64,000 nucleotides of DNA, taken from NCBI GenBank assembly GCA_965213685.1, contig CBDBZY010000064.1, positions 480,001-544,000 on the forward strand. The letters run 5' to 3'. This DNA is from a bacterium (GTDB lineage: Bacteria; UBA8248). Positions 61,677 to 64,000 of this stretch are shown in pieces. Within the stretch, counting starts at the first letter, position 1; each line of letters starts with the position of its first letter. Both the position numbers and the translations under genes were made by a program. A model generated the notes under the pieces. It made no database searches and was not told where the DNA came from. It saw only the letters and a list, made by a program, of their open reading frames with translations.

Positions 61677-63570
61677 TATCAGAAAGTCGGTAGACTCTCT
61701 ATGTAGGGATGGCGCCGACACTCCCATAGTGCGCGTACATTGGAAAACCTTCTTAACTCGCGAACACTCGCGTTTTAAGCCTTTCTCGGCACGCGAATGG
61801 CCTATTCAACCGATTCTCTACCCAACGATACCCCACAAGTAGCTAGAATGCATTCCTTGACTTACTGCCAGATAATGGACGAAAGGTGATTTTGTTTTTT
61901 TTTCTTATTCTTCTTCTTCTTCTTACGAGATTTCTTTCAAACGACTTTACTCGAAACTGGCTGAAGTAATCACCATAGTTCTTTCACAGATCCACTGTAA
62001 TCACTACGAAGTATGATCTGTGCTAAAAAAATGTTAGTATCTTCTCTACTATGGGCAGAATCTAGATCCCCAGACAACTTTACCATATTTGGAAGCCATT
62101 TTGTAAGCACATGAGGGCGGGCCTCGCGAAGTCACGCCTATTAATTTATCGATGGCTTCACATAGCAAAGGCTACTCGATCTTTTGTCACTGAAAAGAGC
62201 GCGTTCTTACTTCGCCGTACAATTGTACAACGAACTTCAATGTAACTGGTATGAGTTAGCTAGTCAGATACACTGAGGAAACTACTCTAGCTCAGGACTT
62301 TTTAGAGGGGCTCAGCCTCCCAACTTCGTAAGTGACTGATTATGAGGTTTAAGGTAGGAAGGCCCCTAAGTTGCGTTGCATGAAAAGGTATTTTTCTAAC
62401 ATTCTCCCCATGTGCAGATTTACGGTATGGCGTTATTCTCTGGATATTTCCTGCTTCGAACCATCTGTACCACCCGCAAGATGCATATCGCTAAGTTTAA
62501 AAAAAAAATTCCGCAAGAACTACGCATGATAGAAGGATGAACCTTCGCGACTGTATAAAACACTTCTGGCTACACACGAATTGCGGAAGCCTTTTTGCTA
62601 GTTAGTCCTTGTTTTGGATGAAAAACGCATTTATTTTCTAGGCAAAATATTTGAAAAAGCTTCCTAAGAATGTTTTGTGTATGGTCCGTGAAGTCGTTTG
62701 ACGCCAACTGCGCATATTTCGGTTGGTCGTATCTTGCGGAGTTGATGGCCAACTCGAAAGACAGAAATGTGGAACCGGATCCTCCCATTTATATCACGTG
62801 CGCGGTATGGCACACGTACGTACACGTGCGTACGGTATGAGTACACAGTCTGCGATTCCCTAAAGGGGGCGGTGTCTCCGTATATTCTTACTACACGTTA
62901 GTAAAATGTTATGACGTAATTATTTGCGCAGCGCCGCACGTCGAGTTGGAACGACATTTAAAACATTTTTCCACTAAACACTTTGCAAAAATTCCACTGA
63001 ATAATGGTATTTCGCTAACCAGTACAACAACAAAAGTGTGTTAAAAATAGATTTGGCCAGATTCAGAACTCAAGTATTTCCTACCGGCCCACTCGTATCT
63101 CCGCCGCTGACTAGTAGCAATGGCTGTTCTGATCACCGATATGTTTGTTGGATGAAACTTGCAAGAATATTTTGTGTACTATTGTACAAGAAAAAGTACA
63201 CAAACAAGTATGAAAAACATTTTCCAAAAATGTAGAGGGATGTAGGGATGGTAGTGCCAAAAACCACAGAAAATAGGTGTAGAGATGGCAGTGTACAGGC
63301 AAGGCAGGTTATAAAAAGACTACACAAGCAACCCCATCCCTACATCTTTCTTTTTCCTTGAAATTGTTCTGTGAGTTTAGCTATGAAAATTCTGGGAACA
63401 TCAATGCCATGCGATGAGAAAAAGAAAGATGTAGGGATGGAGTTGCTTATGTAGTCTTTTTATAACCTGTCTTGCCTGTACACTGCCATCTCTACACCTA
63501 GTTTCTGTGGTTTTTGGCACTGCCATCCCTACATCCCTCTACATTTTTGGAAAATGTTTTTCATACTTGT
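61677..63570 (-). mobile_element. Hairpin-ended dispersed element (HINE/Helentron-like), copy C, with an internal insertion of about 730 bp
   Basis: Begins tatcagaaagtcggtagactctctatgtagggatggcgcc; long IR about 63204-63352 / 63419-63570; insertion about 62354-63084 bounded by ggtaggaa/ttcctacc. Confidence 0.7.
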
Positions 63571-63614
63571 AATATTATGTTCTCATGAAAATATCACACC
63601 TTTCTTTATACTGC

Positions 63615-64000
63615 TTGGTTCCTTGGGTTCCCTGTGGTTCTTTGAGTTTCTTGAGTTGTTGTGGTCCCTTGAGTTCCTTTGGTTCCTTGAGTTCATCCCG
63701 ATGAAGGATCACCGTCATCCGAAAGCTCGAGATAAGTTTTTGATAATATACTGCTGCCAATTGTATGCACACAAGCATGCCCCCCAAGCAGATCTCGAGG
63801 AGACTGAGAGGATACCCGCCCGAGTCGCAGGAGAGGGTCGAGATTGGGAGTGCTGATGAGGAGGCTTCACCTCCTCGGGGAACTTCGCCCCCACCTGGCT
63901 CCGCCAGGGTTGATTGGGTTCCATGTGGTTCTTCAAGTTCTTTGGGTTCCCTGTGGTTTCTAGAGTTCCTCTGGTGCCTTTAATTCCTCTGGTTCCTTGG
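63615..64000. repeat. Degenerate 9-bp-periodic minisatellite blocks
   Basis: ggttccttg/ggttccctg/agttccttt-like units at 63615-63695 and 63915-64000. Confidence 0.55.

Noticed and set aside
63853-63885. CTGATGA followed by a GGAGG/CCTCC stem
   Set aside because: Lacks GAAA and stem I/III pairing
63575-64000. Collagen-like G-X-Y reading on the minus strand
   Set aside because: Only a few triplets before the register breaks; better explained as a 9-bp minisatellite

Overview
This is eukaryotic (animal) genomic DNA with short GT-AG introns and dense transposon content. The style suggests a sponge or other early-branching metazoan, which is inference only. Genes: the 5' end of an SV2/SVOP-type MFS transporter (minus strand, runs off the window start); two convergent ELOVL3/6-type fatty-acid elongases with intronless CDS plus a pseudogene fragment; two tandem UCP4-like (SLC25A27) carriers with 10 coding exons each; two intact copies and one pseudogene of an unrecognised two-exon secreted 8-Cys beta-rich protein with a repeat-variable propeptide; and a multi-exon Ig/FN3 single-pass receptor with ITIM-like tyrosines, showing exon shuffling and a duplicated degenerate 3' module. 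Mobile DNA: one near-full-length CR1/L2-group LINE (PHD ORF1, APE-RT ORF2, candidate -1 frameshift signal), several truncated LINEs, MITE families with 5-bp, 9-bp and TA target-site duplications (TSDs), a 2.3-kb foldback, and a dispersed hairpin-ended element resembling Helentron non-autonomous elements. Highlights: a minimal type I hammerhead ribozyme in a UCP4 intron, the secreted protein family whose second exon the ORF track misses, and the U UUU UUA slippery site joining LINE ORF1 to an AUG-less ORF2. All calls come from manual reading; no database searches were run.
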